Below are positions 1 to 13,839 of a DNA stretch of 64,000 bases, piece after piece (within the stretch, counting starts at the first letter, position 1; each line of letters starts with the position of its first letter). The DNA comes from Octopus vulgaris (taxonomy: Eukaryota): NCBI GenBank assembly GCA_951406725.2, contig OX597821.1:38874001-38938000 (forward strand). Direction: 5' to 3'. The position numbers and the translations under genes are program-made. The notes beneath the pieces were generated by a model. It was not told the DNA's origin, did not search any database, and saw nothing but the letters and a program-made list of their open reading frames with translations.

Positions 1-3000
1 CAGACAAGCATCTAGTACTATTTCTTAAATAGACTTAATGTATTATTTTATGTCGTATGAGAACTGTATGACACAAGACTCTCAAAAAATTTCAGAACAT
101 GAAATAAAATCGGGTTACATTTATTTGATACAACTGCAGTCTACTTCAAGACAAGGCAAAAAATTTAAGATAATCATCCTTGTCTATACTTGATTTGTAT
201 TTATTAAGGAAAGCAAGTATCACGAGGTTTGATTTTCGTTGGTGCTTCATATTTCGTCGAAAGGTTGTAATTCGAGTTAGCGTCGAAAACAATGATTCAC
301 ATGTAGCTGTGCAAGATGCAAATGTTAATGCTTCACCATACAAAAGATAAACATTGGGAAAGGCACCCTGTACAATACGTAAAGATCCAAAAATATCAAG
401 CAGTGTCATCATATTTTGTTTGGAAATGTATGCTTTAGCCACAGTAAGTTCAGAAAGTAAGGCCAATTTTTCGCAATTAACTAAATTGCTCAAAGGTTTT
501 AAAGCATCAAAATCAAAAATTGTCACGGACATTGGTAGTAGACTTGCCAAAGAAGAATATATACTATCATTTTGCTCTGAAAATCTATTTTCTAGCTCTA
601 CCAAGCTTTCGTCGATGATTGTGAAATAAATTTTGCAGTGAAAGTTATCCAATCATCTTGTGATGGTACCAGGTCTTCAACAACATAATCCGAAAAACGT
701 CGGGACCCGCAAGCTTTTTGATGCATGCGTTCCCCAATAATATTAAATTGACTCATTTGTTTCAGAATCTCATCAAATATTAAAGAGTTTCTTACTTTGG
801 TTATTTCACTCTTGGCAGTCTTAAGAAGCCTAAGGCCATGGTATATATCACATTTGTGACTCTGAAGCTGTTTGTCTACTGGTTTATTTATATGCAGAAA
901 TTTGCTAAGGACAAGGGCTAGAAAAACAAACCTTGGGGAATGAACTTGATGTAAAATTCCAGTTACCTCTATACTCGTTTTTGAATCTGATAAATCTGTG
1001 CATTCAGTTAGCAAAACCAACAATTTTGGAGTGATTTTCTATTACAGAAGCAATGACAGTGAAATGACCCAACAACCTATGCTCCATAAGACGTGGCAAC
1101 TTCAATCCTTTGCAGAGACTAGCTATCTTTGGCCATTTAATAAAATTATGAAGAATATTAATGGTGTCGAAGAATGTAGCTAACTCCAGAATCCGCTTTC
1201 TTGTGTTAACCACAACAAGATGCAACTGATGATTAAGACAATGAACACAGGGTATATATTTCTCAAGTCGATTCTGAATCTTTCTTTGCACGCTGCCTAT
1301 TTTGCCAGACATCTCCGAAGCACCATCATAGCATTGTGACAACATACGCTTCGGGTCAAAGTGGGCCAATGTTTCAGCATCATAATATTGAGTAGTTGGC
1401 ATTGCAACTAATTTTTCCAGAACCCTGCCGTTTTTCAAGTACCTAATAACAATTGCAAGAATTTCAGTATTACTAAAATCATGCATTCCGTCACATTTCA
1501 ACGTAAAATAAGGAACATCAGAACATTTTATTTCATTGACCATAAGGCTGACAGTGCGTCTTCTCAACAATTCGATGATTTCGTTTTGCATTGCTGCTGA
1601 GGTATAATTCGCATTTTTTTGAATCGTGCTGTAACATTCCATTAGCTTTGAGTCTTTCTCTAATGTGTACTGGAATAATTTCATAAAAAGACCACAAGGC
1701 TGTGTGTCATCTCCCAAATAAAGATCCTGAAAAGCTTCGTTTTCGTTTCCTCGAAAAGGCAATTTGTTTGCACAAAGAAAATGAACAATATCAACAATGG
1801 AACTGATATAATAACGGTTTTTGCTCAACTGATCATTTTGCAAGATTGAAGACACGGATGTTGTTGTGGATAAACGCTGTTGGCATTCCTTCCATGTTAC
1901 CATAGCTTAGATATGGGATGTAGAGTTTGCATGCTTATTTAAACATTTGTTTTTTTTTTTCTTTTGCATGATGCCAATTAGAATATTCATTTTTAATAAA
2001 ACAAGTATCAACTTGAGCAGCAGTATTAATGTGCCGACAAGCAAAACAAAACAAGGTTTTCTTTGAAAGAGAATTCTCTAACCATAAACGACCAGTATAC
2101 CAGCTTGACGAGAAATCACGTCTCTGATTTCCATAAATTTTTGGATCAAACTTTACTAGAACTGGCTGCACTGGTTGGCAGTCGACCTGTCCTAGATCAT
2201 CCAATGAGGGTGCCAAAGACTTTGCAAGACCTCCCTTGAACTGCGAAACTTCGTTTGCAATTCTCTTCTGTTTAGCATTATTAGATGAATCAGATAGGAA
2301 ATTCAGCAATGATTGCTTGAGTTTTCTTTTTTGGTAGTGATTCATTATTTTTAGGCACTGATAATTGCAATAATTAATTCTAAAGTAGAATATCGTAGTA
2401 AGAGTAACAATTTCTTAAAATTTACATATTTTAAAATTAAACTTGTAAGAGATTTCAGTTCAAGCAATTTTTCTTTTCAATTTCTTCAAAGTTATGCTTG
2501 TTTAGTTAAACACAAAATGATTTCAGTATAAACTTTGTTCAAAGAGTAAGAAAAATTATTCAGTGAAAATTCTCACCTGAAAAATCCTTGGGAAATTTCA
2601 AAACTTTTCTTTCCTTATTCACGAATAATAATCCTCTCTGACTAGTAGAAATAAAATTACTTTTTAATGTCCATCTCTGTTCATATATATACGTGTGTAG
2701 TGATGCGTTTACTACCATAAATCTCTAACTGCAGCAACAATTCTTCACATACTTTTCAACAGCAACGACAATCACTAACACCACCGCTGCCGTCACCAAC
2801 ATGACGAGCACCACGACCACCACCACAGCAACAAGAACAACTGACCCAGCTTCAGCCACTTCTTAATTCAACCCACAGTTGATGACCAGGTCAGCAGCTA
2901 ATTCTGCAACAACAATTACAGTTACAACACTTTGCCCTGCTCTAATTTACCCATGTTTTCATATCACTTAACTGCTAAATCAAAAGAAATTCAATTTATT

Positions 3001-3149
3001 GCATCTTTAACGACTTCAGATATTGCTTATGAGAAAAAAGCGACAATGTATTATTTCAAAAGTGGATAAAACAGATTCTCATACCGTGAGATTCTAACTG
3101 GGGGTGCTGAGCACCCCATACCCTCCTCCCCCAAATGGCTACGTGCCTG
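1..3149 (-). mobile_element. hAT DNA transposon, probable 5' terminus at 3149; the other end lies left of the window
   Basis: The minus strand starts CAGGCACGTAGCC at 3149, followed by a GC-rich subterminal palindrome GGGGTGCT-G-AGCACCCC (3101-3117), upstream of the transposase. The partner TIR is not visible. Confidence 0.55.
146..2345 (-). pseudogene. hAT-superfamily transposase (ZMYM1-like/DUF4371 type), broken into four frames
   Basis: Four consecutive minus-strand ORFs. 1935-2345 has a TTF-type Zn finger (WLENSLSKKTLFCFACRH). 1004-1903 has LPFRG, FTLKCDG, SQCYDGASEMSG and the CxxH motif CVHCLNHQLHL. 598-1023 continues the core. 146-652 has the hAT dimerisation end (TCESLFSTLTRI). They are joined by frameshifts or stops. 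Confidence 0.9.
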
Positions 3150-4678
3150 CATACAAACATACATGCACAGGCATACATACACACATACATATATGCATGC
3201 ATACATATATACAACTAGCTTTTTTCTGTTTCCATCTACCAAATCTATTCACAATGCTTTGGCCAGCTCGGGTCGATAGATAGATAGATGTGCACCAAAC
3301 ACACACACATATCTTAGTCTCTCTGCCTATATATTTGCCATTGTTATTTGACGTTGTTGAAAAGCTGGTCACATTTTTTTACCCAGATCAGTGACCTCTG
3401 ACCTCTTAAGGCAATAAAAACTTAAGACAAAATTCTTTCTGTACCAAAAACAAGGTGTGCACATGTGTCGCATGTGCGTGCACACACACACACACACACA
3501 GAAGTTTGTGTGTTATTGTATGTGTGTATCTATATATGTACATATATAGGGATACAGATGTTGTTTGCTCACTGTCACCAAGCATCTCAATTCTTCAGTT
3601 GTAACTAGTTTGTGATCGACGTATTTAATTTTGCAAGGTACTATTTTCCCCTTGAAATTGTGATTTTAGAGAAAGGTAAAAAAATTCTTCATATTTTGCA
3701 GCCTTGGTATTTTGATTTACAATTTGAATTGTAGAATTGTCTATCCAATCAAAATATTGCAACAGCTAACAGTGAAACATAGAATTAAAAAAAGGCATTT
3801 TCGACTGTTATCAAGTCTTTGAGAACATTCACGTCTATTTTTCAAAAATATATATGAAATAATTTGCTTTTGTTTTGGACTGAAAATTTTTTGTATCTTA
3901 ATGTTCTTAAATAAACTTCTTCACATACAAAAGCTGAGACAACTATACTTCACAGTTGTTATTTTGAAATGCTTGCCTTCTGATATTTGTGGGTGCAGCG
4001 AAAATAATATTCAGCCTTATTAAATGTTGGCCTTCCTAAACATGAAATAATATGATAACTCCAGCCCTACATAAATTTAACTTGTACTTTTAAAGATGTT
4101 CTTCAGGATAATGAGAAATATTGAACTTCAGATAGAATAAAATAAGATATAGCTATGAATAAAAGGTAGGTAGATTATGAATTTTGATTGAAGAGATGGG
4201 GCCTCGAAACAAAAAGGTGCAGGGGGCCCTCTGAAAGTCATGTGACAGCCCTTATTCCAGGTAAAACTTTTGATCATCCAGTCTGCCAGCTCTGTACTTA
4301 CAATATGGTATTGTTTTCTACTGTCCACAGATTACTGTAATTTATCACTGTACAAGCATAGAGTAAGAAACTGAGGCTAGCAGTTGTGAGGGCTGTAACC
4401 TCTGTTAGCAGCAATAATTTTCTAGCTTGATGCTAAAGCAAACATTTTAAAATATAAGCAACAAAGATAGCTGTGTGGAGGTTAGAGGGTGAAGAATCAG
4501 ATGAGAAACACCTGTTGTAATATTAATTATCTGCATGAAAGGTTAAACACAAATAAGCTATGAGATCAGTTATGCATTGAAAGTATCAGCTAAAGTGTGC
4601 AAGAGAGATAAATATGTTGGTGAGCAGTGACCAGTTGGTGAAAATATGCAATTTGCTATTGGTGAAATAAATGTGCGA

Positions 4679-4860
4679 CATCATCATCATCCTTTAACGT
4701 CCATTTTTCCATGCTGGCATGGGTTGGACGGTTTGACCAGAGCTGGCAAGCTGGAGAGCAGCACCAAGTTCCAGTCTGATTCAGCTTGGTTTCTATGGCT
4801 GGATACCCTTCCTAACACCAACAATTTTACAGTGTACTGGGTGCTTTTAACATGGCACAG
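4679..4860 (-). mobile_element. RTE-family 3' tail fragment with (GAT)n end
   Basis: (CAT)n followed by TTTAACGTCC...CCATGCTGGCATGGGTTGGACGG, the reverse complement of the 3' end of the RTE copy at 23230-23383. Confidence 0.8.
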
Positions 4861-5262
4861 GTATGACGAAAGAAGAATTTGGAAGGCCACATAGAGATGA
4901 TGAGGAAAGTGCAAAGCAGTTAGCTTGTACAGTATACTCATTGGATCCATAATAACATCAGGGTAAAATGGATGTTAAAATGTTGAAGATGATCGTGATC
5001 ATAATGGTTATTTAGAAAATCTATATATATATATATATAGTTGTACCATTTGATAAAATTATGCAAATTTCCCTGATTGGCACTGAAAAAAAAGAAAAAA
5101 ACAGAAAATCCAATTATTTAATATTCATTTGTAAAATATAGGAAAAAATGTATCCATGCTTTAAGTATGGTTAAGATGGTGATAAATTCTATTTACGACA
5201 TGAAAGGATTTTGTTATCATGTTCATACTTTAAAAGTGAAAGAAAATGGTGAAGACTGGAAA

Positions 5263-5509
<247 letters not shown>

Positions 5510-6585
5510 CGCAGACATATACACATACACGTATGCACACTCTCACAATTCATATAATATTGATGTATGTTGGGGTGAGTTTGTGAGTTTTATCACCAAA
5601 ATGATAGGGAACATAAAACGATAAAATATAAAACCGATGAAAATTAGTTTCAGCTGTTAAATACTTTATCACCCAGAAACTTATCACATACATACTATTT
5701 GAAATTCAAAACCATCAAAGAATTTCTCCAGGAAAAATCCAAAATCACTAAAGATGTTATGAAAATCTTTCTCTCCCTGAAGATTCTATTAAAAAATATC
5801 AAAATATATAAATAGATAAAGAGTCTTTTATCTCCAAAAGATCATTTTGCTTTTATGAATTTAACTAATATGAACAGTTAACTCTTCAATGAGAAAATGC
5901 TACAATGGTATGTATGAAACTAACTCTGATATCAGTCATTATAAGGAATCTGTTGGTTAGGGTTAGAATAGTAGAGCTAGGAAACAGGGAAGGATTTTGT
6001 ATAAAAGAGGAGAGAAGAAGTAAAGAAAGAGAGAATAAGAGAGCAATTAAAAATCTGATAAATACATTTAGCCTTTGTTTATTAAACAGTGTGTAGTGTT
6101 CAACAGAATAATGTAAACCGCAAAACATTTTATAAGATAAACTGATTAAAGGAACATGTCTGTATGATAACAGCCAATAGAAGCACTGGTTGGTAGGTTG
6201 GTGGGGTGCTGTCTCCATTTATGTCTTACATTAAACAGAGAGAGAGAGACAATAGAAGAGATACTGAGAGAGTTAAGAGGCATAGAATGAGTACACATAC
6301 TAGGTTTGGTGGTAGGCAATGAGTAAAACACCAGAGATATACATACAGAGAAAGAATGATGGAGAAGGAGGAAGAGAGGGAGTAAATGACACAGTAGCTA
6401 TGGGAGAAGTTCATTTTATCGTTTTTGTGAAGCACCCAGAAACTTGCTAAAAGCCAAATCATAATGTATATTTGCCATATTGCTTGATATTACCCCATGG
6501 GGACAAATGTAAACATTGAAAGTATACCTCAACATTTACCCATGATGGGTAACATCCTAGTATATATATGTTTTATTTGAATATA

Positions 6586-6816
6586 TATTTCTTTATTGCC
6601 CACAAGGGGCTAAACATAGAGGGACAAACAAGGATAGACAAAGGGATTAAGTCGATTACATCGACCCAGTGCATAACTGGTACTTAATTTTATTGATCCT
6701 GAAAGGATGAAAGGCAAAGTCAACCTCAGTGGAATTTGAACTCAGAACGTAGCGACAGACCAAATACCGCTAAGCATTTCGCACGGCACGCTAATGTTTC
6801 TGCCAGCTCGCCACCT
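6586..6816 (-). mobile_element. tRNA-derived SINE, family A (Meta-domain-like core)
   Basis: Reverse complement of the copy at 20064-20296: head with GTTCAAATTCC B-box and GCCTTTCATCCTTTC...AAGTACCAGTT core. Confidence 0.8.
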
Positions 6817-7033
6817 TAATTTATGTTATATTTGAATATAACAAATAACTGAGATGAGGTTGTGTTTTGCTATCAAGCAATGGGTCAGTAGTCTGTTGCC
6901 GGTTTTAATGCTCTTCTGCTCCATGCCTTGTCAAAACCCACGGTACACAGAACTGCAAATTGAATTGAAAATCTGAAATAGAAACAGCAGGACTGAACCA
7001 AATCATCTGCAAAACGTTGCCGTCCTTGTCATT

Positions 7034-7555
7034 ATCATCATCATCATCTTCTAATGTTTATCTTCCATGCAGGCAAGGAATGGACAGTTCAAGAGGACCC
7101 AGCTGTTTGGAGGGTTCTGTGGTGCTCCAGTGTTTACTCAGGGTTTCTATCGTTGGATGTTCTTTCCTAATACCTACCACTTTACAGAATGGCTGGCATG
7201 AGAAAGTTGTTGTTCATCATCATTTAACGTCCACTTTCCATGCTAGCATGGGTTGGACAATTTTGACTGAGGGCTGGCGAACTAGATGGCTGCGCCAGGT
7301 TCCAATCTTGATCTGGCAGAATTTCTACAGCTGGATGCCCTTCCTAACACCAACCACTCCAAGAGTGTAGTGGGTGCTTTTTACATGCCGCCGGCATGGG
7401 GGCCAGTCAGGCAGTACTGGCAATGGCCTCGCTTGAATCTTTTTACACATGCCACCGGCACAGGTACCAGTAAGACGATGTTGGTAATGATCACGCTCAA
7501 ATGGCGCCCTTTTACGAGCCATCTGGCTATGATCATGCTCGGATGGTGCTCTTGT
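7034..7555 (-). mobile_element. two tandem RTE 3' UTR/tail fragments
   Basis: (CAT)n tails at about 7034 and 7214, each followed by the RTE terminal sequence. The second includes the UTR repeat units. Confidence 0.8.
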
Positions 7556-8109
7556 TATATGTACTAAATCACTTGGTTTTAAACTACAGTTGCAGGTAGT
7601 AAAATACTGCATTGCTGGCAACAAAACTTTTTTTATGAACAAAATGTATTGCATTGAGGAATATAACAAAGTGAACTTAACATTGTTTTATAAGTTGTGT
7701 GTTCAGGGAATAGAAAATATTCATAAATTCCTTTGAGTTACATTTGGATGTGCTTCAATTGGAAAGTAATGTGATAAAACCAAAACTGTTGTATTGTAGT
7801 CAAACCATATTGGCCATCAATGACTGTTATACATCTTACAGTGAGTTAAGTTCTGAGAGGGACAGTCTCTTTGAAGTTGATTGGCCCAAATATACACTAC
7901 ATGAAAATGAAGTCTTCCTTGACCTCTGCTAATGGGTTGTGGGACGAGCTTGACATTAACTCCACTGCTTTAACCACAACATGGAAATACTGTGTTGTGA
8001 TAGAATGCTATAGATATTTCTCTTGTAACTAATAAGTTATTAACTTACTGAAATACTGTCAGTTTAACATATTGATGTTGAAGGTCATGAGAGATTATGA
8101 TATCAAGAT

Positions 8110-8572
8110 AGAGTAACAGAGATTTCCAGAGAGATGGGTGGAGACAATAGTTATAAATGGATAGAAAGAGAGAAGTTCTATGTATAGAGAGTCAGAGCAA
8201 CACAAATGTTTAGAGAGATGTGTCGAGACAACAGTAAAGATGATTAAAGATATATATATATATGGTGAGAGATCTACGTAGATGTTTAGAGAGAAAGATA
8301 CATATAGATAGACAGGGTAACATAGATGTTCAGATATATGGGTGGAGAGTAAGAAAAGATAAATACAGAGGCAGGATAATGTAAATGCTTAGCTTGATGG
8401 AGAGAAAGATAAGATGCATATGTAGGATAGAGTAGTGTAGATTTTTAGATGGATGGAGAGAAAGTATGAATACATAGAAATAGAGTAATGTAGATGTTTA
8501 AATAGATGGATGGGGGAAAAATAAAGATAAACATAGAGATTAAGGCAGATGTTTAAATGGATGGGGAGAAAG

Positions 8573-8616
<44 letters not shown>

Positions 8617-8760
8617 CATATAAAGGAGAGGGTGAGATGTTTAGATTGGTGGCTGGAAAGATATGATACACAGAGATAGTTTAATAGATGTTTAGATTGA
8701 TGGATGGAGAGAAAGATAAATTGATGCAGTGTTAGACAGAAAGGTAATAAAAGCAATTAA
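8110..8760. repeat. degenerate purine-rich minisatellite (~50-60 bp unit)
   Basis: Recurrent TAGATGTTTA(G/A)A..GATGG..GAGA(G)AAAGATA motif. Confidence 0.6.
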
Positions 8761-9401
8761 TAGATTATAGATACAGGAGGGAGTGAAGGAGAGGTGAAGA
8801 GAATGGAATTGGCATGCAGTTTCATAACAAAGGCCAGTGTTTGCCTTAACAATAGATCTTGCTATCTTACTCAGCTGAGATCAAACCACTTTATAAAGCA
8901 AGTTTCCTCTGATTTAAAAGAGGGAAGTGGTGAGCTGTAGTGACAGAATTTAAGGGTTATGTTATTATTGTTATAAGAAACTGTTTTAGAGACTTCATTG
9001 GCAAAATCTTCTTTTATAATTAATGATTATATATCATACGAAATATTTCATGCAAGATGGAATTTACAAATGGACTGGAAAGCTGGTTCAGCCAATAAGC
9101 AGCTCAGTTTCTCACTCTTATCCTTCATCTCTTACCTCACTCTCTTTCTTATATTATCATCATACACATTTGTGTACTCATGTTTTGAGTTTTACCCTCC
9201 TGTTAGCATTCGAATGATGAAAATGAGTGCTCAGCACTGCATTAGTTGATAACATTTCTTTATTTGTGAATTAAGGCTACCATTGGTTTCATATTAAGGA
9301 AAGTAGGGAAATATCCTTGTGTTTTGTGATCTGCTTGAAAAATTAAGACACTAGGATATTTTCCTATTTTTCTTAACATGAAACTAAAGGTAGCCTTTAT
9401 T

Positions 9402-9435
<34 letters not shown>

Positions 9436-9441
<6 letters not shown>

Positions 9442-9691
9442 CAAAATAAGCAACAAAGATATCCAAGGTAGTGTAGTACAATTTTTCATGCTACTTCATT
9501 TTATTAAACACTGTAAGTATTACATCAGATTTAAAATGTCAAGCAATCTTCAGCCATATCTTCTACATATGGCTGAAGATTGCTCGACATTTTAAAACTG
9601 ATGTAATACTTACAGTGTTTAATAAAATGAAGTAGCATGAAACAATTGTACTACACTACCTTGGATATCTTTGTTGCTTATTTTGATTATA
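9436..9691. repeat. near-perfect palindrome, ~124-bp arms and 7-nt loop; probably Penelope-type terminal repeats joined in inverted orientation
   Basis: 9436-9559 is the reverse complement of 9567-9691 with 2 mismatches and 1 indel. The loop is CTTCTAC. It abuts a (TA)n tract. Confidence 0.9.
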
Positions 9692-10017
9692 ATCACCCCA
9701 TTTGATTTATATAGATAATACCACACAAAATTCTGGTGCCTTTAACTTAAGTACCATATTCATCTGAATCTATATATATATATCATGATCATCATCATCG
9801 TTTAACATCCGCTTTCCATGCTAGCATAATGTTGAATAAATTATATATAGGTAAACAATCTATGATGAAATTGAATAGAATTAAATATACATAGAAATAA
9901 ATCTTACAGTAAAATGCACATTCACCAATTGAAATAAACCACTAGTTGAAATTTAGCACTATACATGTGATACATGGAAAATCATACCCCTATTGAAATA
10001 AATACAATTAATAAGAA

Positions 10018-11060
10018 GGAGTGTAGGACAAAACCCCTTTGGACAAAACCACCATAGTTAAAGCGTGAAGGCAGACAAAACCTTCCCAGTTATATTTTTT
10101 GGTTACTTTTTCGTCCACCCTCCCCACCTTTACTTGTTTCAGTCATTAGACTGTGGTCATGCTGGGGTACTGCCCTGAAGAATTTTTAGTTGAACGTATT
10201 GACCCTAGAATTTGTTTTTCCTTTTTACTTGTTGCAGTTATTAGTCTGTGGCCATGCTGCAGCACCACCCTGAAGAATTTTTATACAACTGTCTTGAACC
10301 CAGAATTTTTTTTAAGCCTGGTCAAATTCACCTCAGTGATATATTTCGTTTTTCTTTCATTGTACTTCTTAAACCATTACACTGCGGCCATGTTGGGGCA
10401 CTGTCTTGAAGAATTTTTAGTTGAATGCATCGACCCCGGAATTTTTTTAGGTGATTTTCAACCAATGCATAAAGTTAAGCCTAAAAGGTCTCTCCACATG
10501 CTAGAAATAACAGCCAAATCTCTTGAATCTTTTTTTATAATTTCATGTAAACAAAAATGGAAATCATGGTTGTAAAATACCTCTTATTTTCCAAAATTCC
10601 AATTTTTAAGTAAACAAAAATTCAATCAAAAATAAATAAGTAGAATAGAATAACAGAACACAAAATTCTTTACTACTCAATGTACATATTGACTGAATTC
10701 TAACAAAAGGGTAAGCCTTTACTTCAAGAAATGTGTAGAAAGATAGAAACAATAATTCTGGCACCATAATTCTGTTAGACCTTGAAGAAAGTTCAAAAGA
10801 TCAGCACATTCTCATTAATCTCCAAGTGAAGAGAGTAGAAAACAAATGTCTCTAAATTTAAATTTTAAAGTGTTGATTTTTCTGCAACTAAAAATTCTTC
10901 AAGATAGTGTCCCAGCATGGTCACAGTCTAATGGCTGAAACAAAAAAAAAGAAAAAAAAGAAAACAACGTAAAATAAGCAAAAAATATAAGCGAGGGGGT
11001 TTTGTCTGCTTTTGCACTTTAACTGAGAAGGTTTTGTCCCCCCGGGGGGGGGGGGGTGTT
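10018..11060. mobile_element. non-autonomous DNA transposon/MITE-like element with GGACAAAACC-rich inverted ends
   Basis: GGACAAAACCACCATAGTTAAAGCGTGAAGGCAGACAAAACC (10041-10082) is an inverted match to GGTTTTGTCTGCTTTTGCACTTTAACTGAGAAGGTTTTGTCC (10998-11039). The interior holds SINE-tail-like repeats. Confidence 0.6.
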
Positions 11061-11716
11061 CTAATCCCAAAAAGAAGACATGCATTAACCCTAAACACAA
11101 ATAAAACTAATAAACCTAGCCAAAAAAATTGATAAATGATATCATTAAATGAAGATTCAATAAAATTTAATTATATTAATAGCAATAAAATAACTGAAAA
11201 ATAAATAGTATATAAATAAATATTGCATAGTTTTTTTTTAGGATCCCAAAAATAAAAATAAAAACAATATAAATAACATGAGGGTATGGTAGTATTTGAC
11301 CAAAAATTCTTCAAGACAGCAGCTGACCACTGTACTGTTGTCCTCAAACTTGAAATTGTGACTACTTTTAGAACAGAATTCCAAAGACAAACAACTTGAC
11401 ACACACACACATACATAGAGAAAGAAGACACAGAACAATTAAGCATAAAAACGAAAATGCTAACACACACTCACCCACACTAAAAAATGCATACTGCTAT
11501 CTCAGTCTGTAATGAACTCTCAATCAATTAGGATGAAAAAGTCAATTTTGACCCTGGAGAGATTTCTGTTTTCTGAATTCATAATGCATTTTGTTAATTA
11601 TAAAACAAATGAAGGTGGATATTGAAACTATTATACGTTTTACATAATCGACAGCTATGTAAATAAATTGATTTGGCTGTATTCAAGCTCTCCATTTTCT
11701 CATATATCTGTATATA

Positions 11717-11748
<32 letters not shown>

Positions 11749-11849
11749 CATGTTTGTATGTTATTGATAACACCTGGAAGAATGTGCTTCTTTTCTCTTC
11801 ACCAAAGTGAGTAGAGCTTTAGTCAGGAGGAACTGATGTCATCAGACAG

Positions 11850-12215
11850 TCTCTAATGATTATCAGGTGTTCAACCCTGAACCATAACACCCTTGTGGTG
11901 GGTCAGTAGAGGTGGCCAAATTCCTGTTCCTTATCTCCTGTCTTCCTATTTCATTCCTCTTTCTTCCTCCATAACCAGCAAGAGCTTCTTTCTGTTACAT
12001 CTCCCATTCTGCGCACTGCCATCGTTCGCTCTTTTCCTCTTATTCCAATGGCTGTAAGCATTCTCTATACCAACTGGGCAGGGAATTCCTTACAGCTGAA
12101 AAGCCATAACTGCGATCCCTTCTCCCTGCAGTCTGGTTGAAGGCTCTTCTATTTGGCATGCTTCCATTCATAGGCCTCATCACATCCTTCTTCCGATGGG
12201 TGCAAGCTTGATTAA
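11850..12215 (-). mobile_element. 3' fragment of a HERO-like (R2-group, restriction-like endonuclease) non-LTR retrotransposon
   Basis: Manual minus-strand translation PSEEGCDEAYEWKHAK*KSLQPDCREKGSQLWLFSCKEFPAQLV*RMLTAIGIRGKERTMAVRRMGDVTERSSCWLWRKKEE* resembles the PWEE...AERASxWLW C-terminus of HERO/RLE elements. It has two in-frame stops. Confidence 0.75.
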
Positions 12216-12230
12216 GATTATTTTCCTTGC

Positions 12231-12570
12231 CAGGAAGATGTGGGACAAAGTGGTGAAAAAGGATCTTCAGATGTTTGGCCTTACTGACGAGATAACAAGA
12301 GACCAAGACTTCTGGTGATTTTTTGTGCTTGAGAAGATGTGTCAAGCTGAGCAAAATCATGGCCATCCTTATGTACAGGCATGTCCTTCATGGCCATGCT
12401 CCACACTCCTTCCCTCATCCAAGAGGTCCCTGCTTTCAGCTTGCAGATGCTACTCCCATGTAAAATGCACCTGTGCTGGTGGCATGTAAAAAGTATCCTT
12501 GCCAGTGCTATGTAAAAAGCACCCAGTACACTCTGTAATTTGGTTGGTGTTGCGAAGGGCATCCCTTCAG
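12231..12570 (+). mobile_element. RTE ORF C-terminus plus 3' UTR fragment
   Basis: RKMWDKVVKKDLQMFGLTDEITRDQDFW is homologous to RKTWDEVVKHDLQTLGLTEEMTRD in the other copies. Confidence 0.75.
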
Positions 12571-12734
12571 TGGAAAAGTGCCATGAAGTATTTTTCTACA
12601 TTACACCTATCATTCACGAATCCCTTTTGCTGATGAGGTTGCAGAGATTGAAATGTCTCCAAATTGTCTCCTTTGCCAGTAAATAAAGATCAGATTTTTC
12701 TTTCCTTTAAGTATGTTATTTAACCCTGAGAGGC

Positions 12735-12900
12735 ACAGGAATGGCTGCTTGGATAAGAAGCTCACTTCACAACCACATGGTTTCTGGTTCAGTCCTACTG
12801 CACTGCCCATGGGCAAGTGTCTTTTACTATAGCCATGGGTGACCAAAGCTTTCTAAACGGATTTGGTAGACAGAAACTGAAGCAAGTTCACTGTATATTG
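12735..12900 (+). mobile_element. tRNA-derived SINE, family B (CORE-like), partial
   Basis: AACCACATGG..GGTTCAGTCC..GGGCAAGTGTCTT..TACTATAGCC, matching 33815-34193. Confidence 0.7.
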
Positions 12901-13839
12901 TTTGTGTTTGTTTGTTTACGTTTGTGTTCAACAAAATCCTGAAGTGTGAAAGGAGTTGTTGTCACGTCACCTGCATTATACAGCTTCAAAGACATGTAGA
13001 ACAAGAGATCCCTTAACTGAAAAACATGTAAGAGTTAGCAACAGGAAAGACATCTGTCTGAAAAATACTGCTCCAGTAATATATATTCCTCTAATCCATG
13101 CTAGCATGGAAAAATGGATGTAAAACAGATGAATACTCAGAATGATTACTAATTCTTAAATTATTTCTCTTTTTCTTTGAGAATCACAATCACGATCAGA
13201 TTTTCAGTTTCTTTCCCCAGTTAAAAGAACAATTGTTAATAAATTGAGAGTAGTTTCTTTGGGTGTATGACATTCAGTATAATCAAAATTCAAGCCATTG
13301 ATTTTTCTTAATTCCTTTTGCTCAGTTTTTAATTGTATCAATGATAGGATTGTGTAATGTGTCTTTTCCTCTTTAGAAATAGTAGCAGATGATTTAAAGA
13401 AAATTTGGTTGTTATTTCTAGCAGGCCAAGCAGCCATGTGGAGGCTCCCTCATTGACTTACCTCTAACTGCAACTATTGATGAGAATATTTTTTTGCTAA
13501 AGAGGTTTAATAAGAATAAAAATGTCCTGAGAAACTACTATACTTATCGAAGATCACATTCACCTCCCACTCCATAACGCCAGTCAATTTTTCGTTAATT
13601 TAGTTTTTAGACTAGTTTTCTTTGCTTTTCTTGATTAGAATTAATTACTAAATCTAAATATATTCCTACTTATTATAGGTGTGAATAAACAATTTATTGC
13701 TCACAGAATTATGTTCACCCACATATGACTGTATGGCTTTCATACAGAAGGCCTCACTGAGTAATTTCACTGTCATGTTAGAACAAAAGATAAGCAGGCT
13801 TTATCGAACCACATCCGACGACTGACACCCATGCCAACA

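Noticed and set aside
146-2345. Host ZMYM1-like gene
   Set aside because: There are no MYM fingers or introns, it has multiple frameshifts, and the terminus is transposon-like; better explained as a hAT copy.
2730-2930. Thr/Gln-rich mucin-like coding stretch
   Set aside because: It is a degenerate (CAN)n low-complexity tract with stops in the plus frames and no splice support.
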